Assembly: GCA_964016885.1 (NCBI GenBank) | Contig: OZ024749.1 | Span: forward strand, 19,220,001-19,284,000 | DNA length: 64,000 nucleotides | Source: Eledone cirrhosa | Taxonomy: Eukaryota | Direction of reading: 5' to 3' | In this document: positions 1 through 13,985 of the stretch, one piece after another | Numbering within the stretch: the first letter of the stretch is position 1 | Layout of the letters: every line of letters starts with the position of its first letter | Notes under the pieces: model-generated | The model's database searches: none | Told to the model about the DNA's origin: nothing | What the model saw: only the letters and a program-made list of their open reading frames with translations | Program-made: the position numbers and the translations under genes

Positions 1-241
1 AGATAGATAGATAGATAGATATGATAGATATGATAGATAGATATATATATATATATGATAGATAGATAGATAGATAGATATATATATGATAGATAGATAG
101 ATAGATAGATAGATATATATATATGATAGATAGATAGATAGATATATATATATGATAGATAGATAGATATATATATATGATAGATAGATAGATAGATATA
201 TATATGATAGATAGATAGATAGATATATATATGATATATAG

Positions 242-288
<47 letters not shown>

Positions 289-348
289 AGATAGATAGAT
301 AGATATGTATATATACATATATATATATAGATATATATATATATATGA

Positions 349-396
<48 letters not shown>

Positions 397-719
397 ATAT
401 GTATATATATAGATATATATATATATATATATATATATGATATATGTATATATATAGATATATGTATATATATAGATATATGTATATATATAGATATATG
501 TATGTATATATATAGATATATGTATATATATATATAGATATATATATATATATGATATATATATAGATATATATATATATGATATATATATAGATATATA
601 TATATATGATATATGTATATATATATATATATATGATATATATATAGATATATATATATATGATATATATATAGATATATATATATGATATATATATATA
701 GATATATATATATATATGA

Positions 720-764
<45 letters not shown>

Positions 765-774
765 GATATATATA

Positions 775-811
<37 letters not shown>

Positions 812-924
812 ATATATATGATATATATATATATATATATATATATGATATATATATGTATAGATATATATATATATATATATATGATATATATATGTAT
901 ATATATATATATATATAGATATAT
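1..924. repeat. (GATA)n grading into (TA)n interrupted by G (ATATATG units)
   Basis: Direct reading; ORF 352..537 is a microsatellite translation. Confidence 0.97.
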
Positions 925-1378
925 ATCATCATCATCATCATCACCGTTTTACGTCCGTTCTTCCACGCTAGCATTGGTTAGACGGGTTGTCCTGTTGTGG
1001 GCAGTGTCTGGTCGGCTGACCATGCCTTGCTCATACAGGAACTGATCTGGCTTGATTTCTACAGCTGGATGCCCTTCCTAACACCAACCTCATTTACAGT
1101 GAGTGCTGGGTGCTTTTTCGTGGTGCCTACACGTCCACTTTACAGTGTGGGCTGGGTGCTTTTTTGCCATGGCACCTCCACGACCACCTTGCGGTGGGGG
1201 AGTGGGGGCATATTGTTTATATGCTTCAGCATGTACCCATGGGAGGTCGGGTACCCTGTATTACTGCGTGACGCCAGAAGTCACGGTCGTATGTCATTGT
1301 CTTTGAGAGGTGTAGTTGGGTAAGGTCGGCTTTTATCACCTCATCCCAAGTCATCTTGGGTCTCCCCACTCCGCGGTT
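925..1378 (-). mobile_element. 5'-truncated RTE LINE 3' end (family B) with (GAT)n tail
   Basis: Minus strand encodes [19 protein letters not shown]...DRDFWR, an RTE C-terminus; near-identical to 46783-47228; (CAT)n at 926-942. Confidence 0.9.
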
Positions 1379-1491
1379 TATGATATATATATATATGATA
1401 TATTTTATGATATATATATATATATATATGATATATATATATATATATATATATGATATATATATGATATATATATATATATATATATATA

Positions 1492-1599
<108 letters not shown>

Positions 1600-1787
1600 A
1601 TATATATATATATATATATATATGATATATATATATATATATATATATATGATATATATATATATATATATATATATATTGATATATATATATATATATA
1701 TATATATGATATATATATATATATATATATATATGATATATATATATATATATATATATATGATATATATATATATATATATATATA

Positions 1788-1870
<83 letters not shown>

Positions 1871-1874
<4 letters not shown>

Positions 1875-3488
1875 AAAGAATAGAGGTGTAACACACAAGT
1901 TATTATATATTGGTAAACGGAATAGAAAATGCTGACAAATTGTTCACAGTTGAAAAATGGTTTAATTATGAATAAAAGAGTATTAGTGATTGTATGGGTT
2001 AGTATTCAGTTGTGGTTTTAAGTTTTTAAGTTTTTACCGATTGCGCAATTCTAAATGCTTTTCAAAAATAATTTTGAGTTAGAGTGTCCGTGCTGTTTGC
2101 TCTGATCTGATTAGTTTTGGGAATTCTACCTGTTTTTATGTTAAAAAAGTGGCTCCAGCATTATTTTTGTGTTGCAAAAATGCTTGTGGTCAAAACAATT
2201 TTGATTGGTCGGTAGAGGTCATGTGAATGTAAAAAGTTGATTTTGCGCCAAGACTGTTTTTATGTTAAAAAAGTGGCTCTAGCAAAAATTCTTGGTCAAA
2301 ACAATCTTGATTGGTCGGTAGAGGTCATGTGGATAAAAAATCGGTTTTGCGCCAAGATTGAGAAATGACTCTTTCACAACAAATATGTGTGTGTGTGTGT
2401 GTGTATGTGTGTGTGTATATGTGTGTGTGTGTAGTAGTAGTAGTAGTAAGGTGTTCGATGCTGTGACAATGGCCAGCAGCGATGTGTGTCAAATGGCTAT
2501 TAAGATAAGTGTGTGTGTGTGTGTGTGTGTGTATAGCAGAGTAATTTGATGGTCAGTAAGAATGTGTCTGAAAGCAATGGGGGGTATTTTAGCATGTCAA
2601 AAGATATTTTTCAGCTTTTGTCTTATACGGAGAAGTGCGTGTGTGTGTGTGTGTATAAGTCTCTTTGTATGTTGATGTACGCGTGTGTATGTGTTTGTGT
2701 ATATATGTGTGTGTGTGTGTGGGTGGACCAGTATTTTTTTCCCCCTGGTAAAATGGTGTACATTATTCGATTTTTTTCAGTAAAATCGGTTCTCTTAATA
2801 GAACATCAAAAATCTTAACAATAAAAGGTGTCAAATGATATTCACTATATATATATACACATACATATATTCACTATATATATATATATATATATATACA
2901 TATATATACATATATATACATATATATATGCACATATATTTTTTTGTATTGCACCATAGAGCATGTGTGTTTACGTGTGTCATTGTGTTTATATGTGGGT
3001 AGAGATGTGTGCTGATGTAGGTATGTATGTTGACGTGTGTATGTTGTGGGTTCGTCTTAGGGAGAAGTGTTTAGACGGGGTCCGTATTTGTTAATGAAGT
3101 AAGATTCCTTGCTGATGCGCTGGAGCCACTTTTTTAACATAAAAACAGTCTTGGCGCAAAATCAACTTTTTACATTCACATGACCTCTACCGACCAATCA
3201 AAATTGTTTTGACCACAAGCCTTTTTGCAACACAAAAATAACGCTGGAGCCACTTTTTTAACATAAAAACAGGTAGAATTCCCAAAACTAATCAGATCAG
3301 AGCAAACAGCACGGACACTCTATCTCAAAATTGTTTTTGAAAAGCATTTAGAAATGCGCAACCGGTAAAAACTTAAAAACTTAAAACCACAACTGAATAC
3401 TAACCCATACAATCACTAATACTCTTTTATTCCTAATTAAACCATTTTTCAACTGTGAACAATTTGTCAGCATTTTCTATTCCGTTTA

Positions 3489-3497
<9 letters not shown>
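1871..3497. mobile_element. Non-coding inverted-repeat element in (TA)n, probably PLE-derived
   Basis: Arm ~1905-2283 is the reverse complement of ~3118-3497; extra ~35 nt outside the left arm only; (GT)n-rich spacer. Confidence 0.65.
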
Positions 3498-3522
<25 letters not shown>

Positions 3523-3777
3523 ATATGATATATATATATATATATATATATGATATATATATATATATGTATATATATAGATATAGATATATATATATAT
3601 ATGATATATGTATATATATAGATAGATATAGATAGATATATATATATATGATATATGTATATATATAGATAGATATAGATATATATATATATATATGATA
3701 TATGTATATATATAGATATATATAGATATATATATATATATGATATATGTATATATATAGATATATATATATATATA

Positions 3778-3834
<57 letters not shown>

Positions 3835-3835
<1 letters not shown>

Positions 3836-6017
3836 TTTGTGGACACTGTTACAAACATATGTGCTAAACACACCCCATTAAGAACTATAAACAAATCTAA
3901 GAGCAGAATCCCTAGAAATAGAAAAACGCTCATCAGAAAAATTAAGAGAACGAACAAAAAAATCAACAAGCTGAAATACTGTCAGCAGCAACACATCAAC
4001 TTGACTGCCATTTCATCACTAGAGATTAAAAAACATAACCTCCAAAACAACATAATGTCCCTCATCAACAATCAGAGAAGAGCTGAAGAGGCCTGGGCCA
4101 TTGAGAAGATCAAACTCAATCCCAAAGTGTTCTTTTCATTTGCAAAAAAACACAAAATCACTGGCTCTACTGTTGGCCCTCTAATTGATGAAAATGGTAC
4201 TCTTCAAGACAATGCTAAAACCATGGGTGAGATACTGCAGAAACAATACTGCTCTGTTTTCAGCAATCCTGATATGGCCGATCTGGGCTGTATCGGCGAT
4301 GTTACTCCCCATTACACCTTATCGGACATAACGTTTGGCGCCCCTGATGTCTTGGCGGCAATAAAGGAAATCAAGCATAATTCAGCAGTAGGTCCCGATA
4401 GGTTCCCTGCTTGTGTCTTGAAGGCGTGTCAACACCAACTTGCATCTCCTCTTGCCAATCTGTGGCGGAACTCACTGGATGCTGGATATGTGCCAGAAAA
4501 CCTTCTATCCCAGTCTGTTGTCCCAGTTTTCAAAAAGGGAAACAAATCCCTTGCCGTGAATTACCGTCCAATCTCACTCACCTCTCATATCATTAAGGTA
4601 TTTGAGAGAGTGGTGAGATCGCGAATGACCCACTTCCTTGAGAGTAACAATATGCTGAACTCCAACCAGCATGGATTCCGTAATGGAAGGGATTGCCTGA
4701 CGCAGCTACTGCATCACTTTGATGACATTTTGAGAGCCTTGGGAGAGGGTTCCAACACTGATGTTATCTACCTTGATTTCAGCAAGGCCTTTGACAGGGT
4801 TGATCATAACATTCTACTGAGAAAGCTGTCCAATATTGGTGTCACTGGAGAGCTGCTGCAGTGGATCAAGAGCTTCCTGTCAAACAGAACCCAACATGTT
4901 GTAGTTGAGGGAGTCAAATCAAGCCCAACCAAAGTCAGTAGTGGGGTCCCACAAGGCACTGTGTTGGGCCCACTTCTCTTCATCATCTATATTAATGACA
5001 TCACTGACATCCTCAAACACAGCAACATTAAAATTTTCGCTGATGATTCCAAGCTCCAAAAGGTCATCAATGGCGTGGATGACCGGATAAGCCTTCAGTC
5101 AGACCTACTGGCTGTTACCCAATGGGCGGAAAAGAACATGTTACTGAACGAAGACAAATTCGAACTGATCCACTTTGGAAAAGAGGATGCTCTGAAACTC
5201 CCGTACTCCCTTCCCTCCGGGGAAACTCTCGTGGCATCTAACAACATCAGAGACTTGGGAGTAACCGTGGACAGCAACATAAGCTAGACCACGCATATAA
5301 GCAGCAAAGTTGACATGGCCCGCAGAATGTGTTCCTGGATCCTCAGAACCTTCCAGTCGAGAGATTCCCGCACCATTATCCTTCTCTTCTCTACTTTCGC
5401 CCGACCACACCTTGAATACTGTTGTCCACTGTGGTCTCCCCACACGAAACAAAGTATCATGAAACTTGAAGCTCCTCAAAGGGCAATCACGAAAAAGATA
5501 GATGGCATGTCAGACCTTGACTACTGGGGTCGATTAGAAAACCTGAAACTTTACTCACTCCAACGTCGCCGTGAGCGTTATATTATCTGCATGATGTGGA
5601 AAATGTTCCATCATCACTGCCCAAATGATGTTGGCATCGCCTTCAAGATACACCCAAGGCTTGGGCCCCGTGCTATCCGTCACATTCAAAAATCTAAATC
5701 GCAACTCATAACAACAATACGGCACAATTATTTCACCTCAATCGGCCCTGCTCTCTTCAACATCACACCAGGACACGTCAAAACAGAAACTGACCACACA
5801 AAATTCAAGAAGTCTTTGGACAAATTCCTCCAAGTAATCCCGGACAAACCACCCACACCCGGATATGTCTCCGCAAACAGTAATTCTCTTCTCAAATGGG
5901 CCATGCTGCGCAAATCCTGAATTGAAAGACTTCGCCAGGTGGTGCTATTAAGTTAGACATGGCCTGGGCCAATACTGGCCAAAACATTTCAAAGTTATTC
6001 AAAGTTATTCAAAGTTA
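3835..6017 (+). mobile_element. 5'-truncated CR1-type non-LTR retrotransposon; RT ORF broken by one in-frame TAG at 5285-5287
   Basis: NYRPISLTS, QHGFR, YLDFSKAFDRV, SGVPQGTVLGPLLF, FADD, RDLGV; ORF 5315..5920 is in the same frame (RPHLEYC, LYSLQRRRERY); 3' tail (TTCAAAGTTA)x3. Confidence 0.92.
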
Positions 6018-6187
6018 TATATATATAGATGTATATATATATATGATATATGTATAGATATATATATATACATATATATATGATATATGTATATATATAG
6101 ATATATAGATATATAGATATATATATATAGATATATATATATGTATAGATATATATATATATATATATAGATATATGATATATGTAT

Positions 6188-6244
<57 letters not shown>

Positions 6245-6387
6245 ATATGTATAGATATATATATAGATATATATATATATATATATTTATATATTATATA
6301 TGATATAAATATATATATGATATATGTATATATATGTTATATATATATATATATATATATGATATATGTATATATATGATATATGTA

Positions 6388-6433
<46 letters not shown>

Positions 6434-6532
6434 ATATATATATGATATATATATATATATATATATATATGATATATGTATATATATATATATATATGAT
6501 ATATGTATATATATGATATATGTATATATATG

Positions 6533-6616
<84 letters not shown>

Positions 6617-6620
6617 CATG

Positions 6621-6651
<31 letters not shown>

Positions 6652-6689
6652 CATGATATATATATATATATATATATGTATATACATGA

Positions 6690-6729
<40 letters not shown>

Positions 6730-6734
6730 CATGA

Positions 6735-6794
<60 letters not shown>

Positions 6795-6935
6795 ATATGT
6801 ATAAATATGATATATGTATATATATATATATGTATATATATATATGATATACGTATATACATGATATATGTATATATATATATATGTATATATATATATG
6901 ATATATGTATATACATGATATATGTATATACATGA

Positions 6936-6968
<33 letters not shown>

Positions 6969-6993
6969 GATATATGTATATACATGATATATG

Positions 6994-7026
<33 letters not shown>

Positions 7027-7034
7027 GATATATG

Positions 7035-7065
<31 letters not shown>

Positions 7066-7217
7066 GATATATGTATATACATGATATATGCATATATATA
7101 TATATGTATATATATATATGATATATGTATATATATGATATATGTATATACATGATATATGTATATATATATATATATGGATATATATATGTATATATAT
7201 ATATATATGATATATAT
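6018..7217. repeat. (TA)n array with G/C interruptions
   Basis: Direct reading. Confidence 0.95.
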
Positions 7218-7570
7218 GTAGGTGTCACGACATAAAAACACAGTCCACGCTGTAAATGTGGCCATGTAAGCAGCGCGGTAAAAACCTCCCAGCCCCACAC
7301 TGTAAATGTGGTTGGTGTTAGGAAGGTATCCAGCTGTAGAAAACCCGCCTGACAGTCCACACTGTAATGTGACCGTGTAGGCAACACAGTAAAAACCTCC
7401 CAGTCCCACACTGTAAATGTGGTTGGTGTTAGGAAGGGCATCCAGCTGTAGAAAACCCGCCAGACAGTCCTATGCAAGCAAGACAACCACTCTTGCCTCA
7501 AGTAGGAAAACCCCCGTCCAAACCCATGCAAGTGTGAAACACGGACGCTAAACCTGATGATGATGATGAT
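7218..7570 (+). mobile_element. RTE family A 3' UTR fragment with (GAT)n tail
   Basis: Matches reverse complement of ~26582-26950; internal ~110 bp tandem duplication. Confidence 0.85.
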
Positions 7571-7702
7571 ACAAAAGTTTTATTTAAAACTGTTGGGTTA
7601 CAACAAGTAAATATTTTATAACCGATATAAAGCACTCGACAACTTTTTGGAGTAGATATACGATATTAAACAAATGGAAACTATATTTATAAAACTATAT
7701 TT

Positions 7703-7766
7703 ATTTCATTATACATATTTCAGGGATCCCATATTAAAAATATGGCATGCCTTCGTCAGATAAAAT
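7703..7766 (-). ncRNA. Type I hammerhead ribozyme (PLE family A)
   Basis: Minus strand: ATTTTAT-CTGACGA-stem II-GAAA-TATGTA-TA-ATGAAAT. Confidence 0.8.
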
Positions 7767-8338
7767 ACAATATATAAACAGTTTTATAAATAATTTTGAC
7801 GTACCATAAATATAAGCGACCATTAAATTAGGAGGCTGGCTTGTTATTGAAGTGTTTATAATTATTTAGTTATAGTGTTAAGCACAGTTGGAAAAAAAAG
7901 ACGGAGAGAAAGAAGAAATGGAGGTAAAGAAAAACAAAGAGAGAGAGGGGAGAGAGAAAGAAGGAGGAGGTGAAAAAAGAGAGGCAACCGAAGGCAACAG
8001 ATGAATAATAATAATTCACCATACAAATAGAGAGATTCAAGAGAGAGGGAGTACTATATAGAGAGAGAGTACAGTAATTATTTATTTATAGTGTTAAGCA
8101 CAGTTAGAGAAAAGACGGAGAGAAAGAAAAAATGGAGATAAAGAGAAAACAGAGAGAGAGAGGTAATATAATTATATAGGGGGAGGTGAAAAACCAAGAG
8201 AGAAATAAGAGAGAAATATGAGAGGCAAAACCAAAGCGACAGATACATAAAACTTCATCATATATAAAGAGAGAGGAGAAAGGGCTATATGTAGAGAGAG
8301 GATACAGTTACATCTTTACGTCATGTCATATCAATTTG

Positions 8339-8603
8339 TTGTTTCCTTGAGCAAGACACTTTATTTCACATTGCTCCAGTTTACTCAGCTGTAGAAATGA
8401 GATGATAGGGACTGGCGTCCCTATCATTCCACTGCAAAGTGGTCGTGGAGGTGCCACGGCAAAAAAGCACCCAGTACTCACTGTAAATGAGGTTGGTGTT
8501 AGGAAGGGCATCCAGCTGTAGAAATCAAGCCAGAATCAGTTCCCGTCCCACCCTTGCAAGCAGGGAAAAGTGGACGTAAAATGAAATGATGATGATGATG
8601 ATG
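8339..8603 (+). mobile_element. 5'-truncated tRNA-derived SINE (family S1)
   Basis: Matches 33632-33895; absent from the opposite arm at ~14030-14060; (GAT)n tail. Confidence 0.9.
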
Positions 8604-8897
8604 AAATGGATAATAGAATGTAAATATCATGAATGAGACATAGATATATAATGTGAGAAAATAACTTTGCTCAATAATGACCATATGTTTAGTTTAAAAC
8701 TCTGAGGTCAATGTACCAAAATCTGAGATAAACCTTCAAAAAATTACCCTATTTATAAAAATACGGAAATATATATGTATATATATATATATACGTATAT
8801 GTACTTTCTGAAAAAAGAAAAAGAGAAAGTTATGTCTAGCTCTAGTCGACAATATAGACATACACATGACTTTACGTGATCAACTCTATAATTTCTT

Positions 8898-9360
8898 ATA
8901 AATACCAATAATAACCCAAACAATATTCAATTAAATAACTGTAACTGTAGAAATAAATCTAACTGTCCGTTAAATAACAATTGCTTAGTTAAAAATATAG
9001 TATACAATTGTAATGTTAAAACTAACTTAAATTCTTTCAACTATGTTGGTTCCACCTCGACAGAATTTAAACTTCGCTTCAATAATCATAAGAATTCTTT
9101 CACAGATCCAAACAAAAAATCTTCAACTTCGCTATCAAGCCTACTCTGGCAACTTAAACGAGATAATGTTGAGTATTCGATGTTTTGGAATATTGTCTCA
9201 AGAGGGATTCCTTTTAATTCCTCATCTGAGACATGTGATCTCTGTGTGGAGGAGACATTCTTTATATTAAAATCAAAAAATTCCCTTAATTTAAGGAGCA
9301 ATTTATTCAGTTGCTGCAGACAGATTGAACTCAACGTTTAAATATAAATTTAAAATGTAG
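8898..9360 (+). pseudogene. Naiad-type GIY-YIG endonuclease fragment (not in ORF track)
   Basis: Manual translation: CNCRNKSNCPLNNNCLVKNIVYNC...YVGSTSTEFKLRFNNHKNSF...STSLSSLLWQLK...CDLCVEE...LNLRSNLFSCC. Confidence 0.88.
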
Positions 9361-9967
9361 TATAATTAATTAAGAAATTTAATTAATGTATGAAACCTGA
9401 CGATAAATCTTTCGATTCCTTCACCTATCTCTTTTTAAACCTTCTTCATAAATATAAACAAAGATGTAATTAAACTACTCTAAAATGTATATGCTCCCAA
9501 TGTATTAAATAAATTTTACGCAAGATAAATTTCTATACTAAATATAAGGGCATCCGTAGAACCACTGGGTCTTCTAAATCCTTTAAATAATTTTTGTTTT
9601 TTTATTTGCTTTTTGACTCTGATTGCTTCTAAAAGACTTTGCAATATATTGTCTGAAAAATTGGAAGGATAGATTTCTGTGGTAAATATATGAAGCATAC
9701 TGTTTTGTGGCTTGAGATACTCTATAGTGTGTTGAAAATATTTTAGCGTTTTGATGTTTCTGTGCTGATATATTGATATTTGATTATCTCTATACAAAGG
9801 CCATATGTATTAACATGCATATAGAAGGCTTACAGAGTTTATTTTATCTGTTCATGTGCCTATATGTGTGCATAGAGATGCTGGAATACTCACGCAGATA
9901 TCTTCTATATACATATATATATATTATGAAAGTAAAACAAAGAAGCCTTCAATACATCAAAAGTCTT

Positions 9968-10015
9968 TATTAGCCAACAATGTTTCGTCCTATTAAGGAC
10001 TCATCAGGGCAATTA
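9968..10015 (-). ncRNA. Minimal type I hammerhead ribozyme (PLE family B)
   Basis: Minus strand: GCC-CTGATGA-GTCCT TAAT AGGAC-GAAA-CATTG-TT-GGC, then AATAAA. Confidence 0.88.
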
Positions 10016-10778
10016 AAACAACAAGAAGTATTGTGGATGAGTGAGTAAGGGCCAGGCAGTAAATAGAATGCACAGTAGTATTAATAAATAAAAAAAATAG
10101 AATCAACCGGAAATTAAAAAACAAAAACAAAAGTATATATTTAGGTCTCACATGCAGTTAAGTAAAAACTTAGGAAACAACCCCGGTAAATGACTCGAAA
10201 ACCCTAATTGATAAATTAATATTAAAAATATTTAATATATCTAATAAGGCAATACAATATTAGCTATGGTTTAAGTAATCAAAATTTATAAACGTTAATA
10301 TTTCACTACAAATACATATATAAATGAATGAAATTTTCTACTATCATTTATATAACGATATCTAAAAAACTGACTTAAGCAGAATTATGGTAGGCTAATA
10401 GGGACAGAAAAAAAGAAATGTATGGAGGATACAAAGGAGCATAAAATTATAGTCAATATACTATATTAAATAATAGAAAGGAGCGTAAAAGCGGGGGGGG
10501 GGGATTAAATATAATCATAATCTATTTGGAGGGGTTGACAATAAGTTTATTAAATAAAATAAAATAAAATAAAATAATGTAAAATATATAATCAGATATA
10601 TACTCATAAGGTGTTAATAGTGAAAATTTAATGCGTAAGAAGATAGATATGGTATAGTAGCCAAAAGATTGTGAGAGCTAGAATAAAGAGTTGTCAAAAA
10701 CCAATGATAATAATGATGATAATAATGGTGGTAAACAAAAAGAACCTAAACTAAAAAATAAGTAATGGAATATATCAA

Positions 10779-13350
10779 CTAATGGATACAATTTATACTA
10801 CTAGAATCTTTAGGTTTATAATAAAAGTAAGAATTAGAAATAGCATGGGGGCAAGAAGAGAATATCTCAGACTTTCTATTAAGTAAGGATTCGCTAGAGA
10901 AAATTATAGAGTGTGTCTCGAGGATACAGAGATTACAAAATTTAGTATGTGTAGAAAGGTTATTAGAGCGTGCTACTAAATGCCAGTTAAGGCTATATGA
11001 TATATTAGCCCCCTTAAGATCCCAGATATAGTGTGCTAAAGAAGTAGAATTCTTAAACTTAACATGTTTGAAATTAGAGATATGAGAATTAAACCTAGTC
11101 TTAAAAGTGTTAGATGTAGAGCCTATATAAGTTCTATTAAAGGAATTAGTTATAACTACGCAAGCATAGACGATGTTCTTAGAGAGGCAGTTACCGTTTA
11201 AAGGGCAGTTAGCACTCACTCTACAGTTACACTTCCGGGTGCTATTGGTTGGCTGAAGTGGTGATGCATTACACGTAGGATTGCTATTAGATAAGGTCTG
11301 TTCTGGTGGTAAGGCATTCCCAGATCTGTTCAGACTAGTAGTATGTAGAGAGGAGAATCCATCCCTAATTTTCCTATTGTTAGTGCTAGCTAAATGAGAA
11401 CTAATATTAGGGGTGGTAGAGAATGAAAGTTTAATAACATTTTTATTAAAAATACTATGGTATTTATGAGAAGGGGGAAATTTTTCTCTAAGATAGAAAA
11501 GAAAGACCTAGGGATATTAGTTAATACTTCCTGATTATATGGCGGGTTAAAATAAGTATTTAGTCTCCTTCTATTTTTATCCTTTCCGACTCTACCATTA
11601 TCTAATATCCCATTATTAAGACTAGGGTTATTACAAGGATTAGTTAAAACCGCATTATTAGAATCAGCCGAAATTCCATTTAGTCGCTTTCTGTTTCTAC
11701 CCCCAGTAGATCTGCTGCTGTCTGGAAACCTATCAAAAGGATTAGGGCCAATAATAGGATCAGTAGAAATAACATTATCAGAATTAGATCTAGCAAAAGC
11801 ATCACCAATGAGTGAGCGCTCAGAGGGTTCGACTTGATTCCTAGAGGTATTATATTCCCTATTACGAGTCCGGTGGGTCAACTTATGGATGGGTTCAGAT
11901 ACACCTATGTAATTTCTACGATTATTATGCTTCCTACTCCCATTCATGGCCATGTTATGGGATATTATGTTATTATTATTATAAGTAAGCGGAGACTTTC
12001 TAAGGTTACTATTATTATAATGTATTTTACTAGAGTAACCGGACTTAGCTAGGGCATTATTATAGTACTCCGCATGTTCATTAAATGTTCCTACGTGGAA
12101 ATCCTATTAGATACACCCTTAAGTGTGGAAATCCTATTAGATACACCCTTAATTATAGAGCTTATCATAGATTTGGGGTGGTTAGAATTGGGACTAACAT
12201 AAGAAAGTATTTCAATAGGCTTATGGAAGGGTTTAAAACTATTAGTGACCAAGTCCAAAGTCACATCTAAAAAGTTGACCACTCTATCGTTTCTATCTAT
12301 CATGATCGAAAGGTTATAGCTTTTAAAAAACTTATAAAGCTTCTTCTTATTATGCTCGACATTGTTGGTGCTAGAGTTAATTACAAACAATGCATCATCA
12401 CGATATAGTCCGCCTTTAAGGTGCGGAAAGGTAACATATAGTTTATTTAGGAGAAACAACCCAACAAGATCAGTTACCTGGGCCGAATCACTCGAACCCA
12501 TTGTAACGTCGAAATTGTTGGGCGTGTTTTTACGGGTCCAAAATGTGTCCTCAAATTTAATAATAGTTCTACGGGCTGCTAGTATAATATCTACCTGTGA
12601 TCATGTAAGGCTGGACACTCTCATGGCCAACATTAAAGCTTTATTCAGGAGGATGGGTGAAATCGATGTGTAGTAGGCATCAATATCGAATTGGATAAAC
12701 TTATTAGATTCAAGTTTATTAATCCCAGAGAAACAATCTATAACTTCCTTAGTGTTCCCCCATAGGTTAAAATTAACTTTATCCCTAACATCTGGTATAA
12801 TAAAGTCAAGGATTTTTTTACTGATTATGGCTATATCGGACTTAGAAGGATAGATGAGTCTAACACAGGGGTTACTAATAAAATCTACCTCATGATCCTT
12901 AAGAGTGAATCTCGGTTCTCGAGGGTAATATGGCTGGGTATACTTATCGAGGCCGAGGTCAGAGACAATTTTAAGATCCTCACTATTGATGTGGTTCAAA
13001 TTATCAAGCGTAGTTTTTTTATAATTTCTATGTAGCTCCTTATAAATAAAGTCACGGTAAGCACTATAATCCATGGAGTATAGATTCTTAGTCTTATCCG
13101 CCGGGACAAGAATGGACTTATTCTCACCAAAACCCTTAACAATATTTTTAAGTCTAGACTGGAACTTATCAAATTTATTATAATTTCTATGTCTATTATT
13201 TGGCCTATACTTAATATTTTTGACAAGATAGAGTAAGTCACTTTCAAAACTATCTAATAGAATATTATGTGGTGGGCTCTTATAAGTTTTGAAGCCAAAG
13301 TTATTGAAATTAGTTCTATTCTTGGGGTCCTTCCTATTCTTATTATTATC
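10779..13350 (-). pseudogene. PLE RT-GIY-YIG polyprotein, 5'-truncated; one in-frame TGA and two frameshifts
   Basis: FGFKT..SPP, ADKT.NLY, TLKDH, RLI.PSKS, FDIDAYYTSI, FDVTMGS.DSA, GLYRDD, VNFLDVTLDL, ALAKSGY, YFNPPY, CNCRVSANCPL, IVY..YIGST..FK.R..H, CNLC..E; TGA 12601-12603; frameshifts near 12093 and 11475. Confidence 0.92.
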
Positions 13351-13799
13351 ATATATATATATACATATTTAAGTATAGTTCTGTATATGTTACAGATATG
13401 CATAATATTAAATACATGAACGGTAATCATATATGTGAGGGCATGAATATTAATCGTTTATTTTTTTATGTATATATATAGTGAATTTTTTTATAACACA
13501 AGGAATTTTTTTTTTTTTTTTTTTCATGACACAAGAAATTATAGAGTTGATCACGTAAAGTCATGTGTATGTCTATATTGTCGACTAGAGCTAGACATAA
13601 CTTTCTCTTTTTCTTTTTTCAGAAAGTACATATACGTATATATATATATATATATACATATATATTTCCGTATTTTTATAAATAGCGTAATTTTTTGAAG
13701 GTTTATCTCAGATTTTGGTACATTGACCTCAGAGTTTTAAACTAAACATATGGTCATTATTGGGCAAACTTATTTTCTCACATTATATATCTATGTCTC

Positions 13800-13985
13800 G
13801 GGCGGTGGATTGGCAGTATCGGTAGAGGGTCGGACGCCATGCTTTCCAGCATAGTTACGTCCCTTTACGATCTGAGTTCAAATCCCGCCGAGGTTGACTT
13901 TGCCTTTCATCCTTACGGGGTCAATAAAATAAAGTACCAGTAATGCACTGGGTAACTGCTGGCCTTGTGCCTAAAGTAGAAACAA
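13800..13985 (+). mobile_element. tRNA-derived SINE (family S2) with 18 bp TSD
   Basis: A-box TGGCAGTATCGG, B-box GAGTTCAAATCC, core GACTTTGCCTTTCATCC; TSD ATTATATATCTATGTCTC at 13782-13799 and 13985-14002; empty site in the other arm at ~8635-8652. Confidence 0.92.

Larger units (their letters stand above)
9925..13350 (-). mobile_element. Naiad-type PLE family B (RT + GIY-YIG), nested in a TA run of family A element
   Basis: Flanked by TA runs at ~9906-9923 and ~13351-13368; HHR and AATAAA at its 3' end. Confidence 0.9.

Noticed and set aside
3108-3165. CTGATGCGC...GCGCAAAA as a hammerhead
   Set aside because: Both core segments deviate and no stem I or III closes it.
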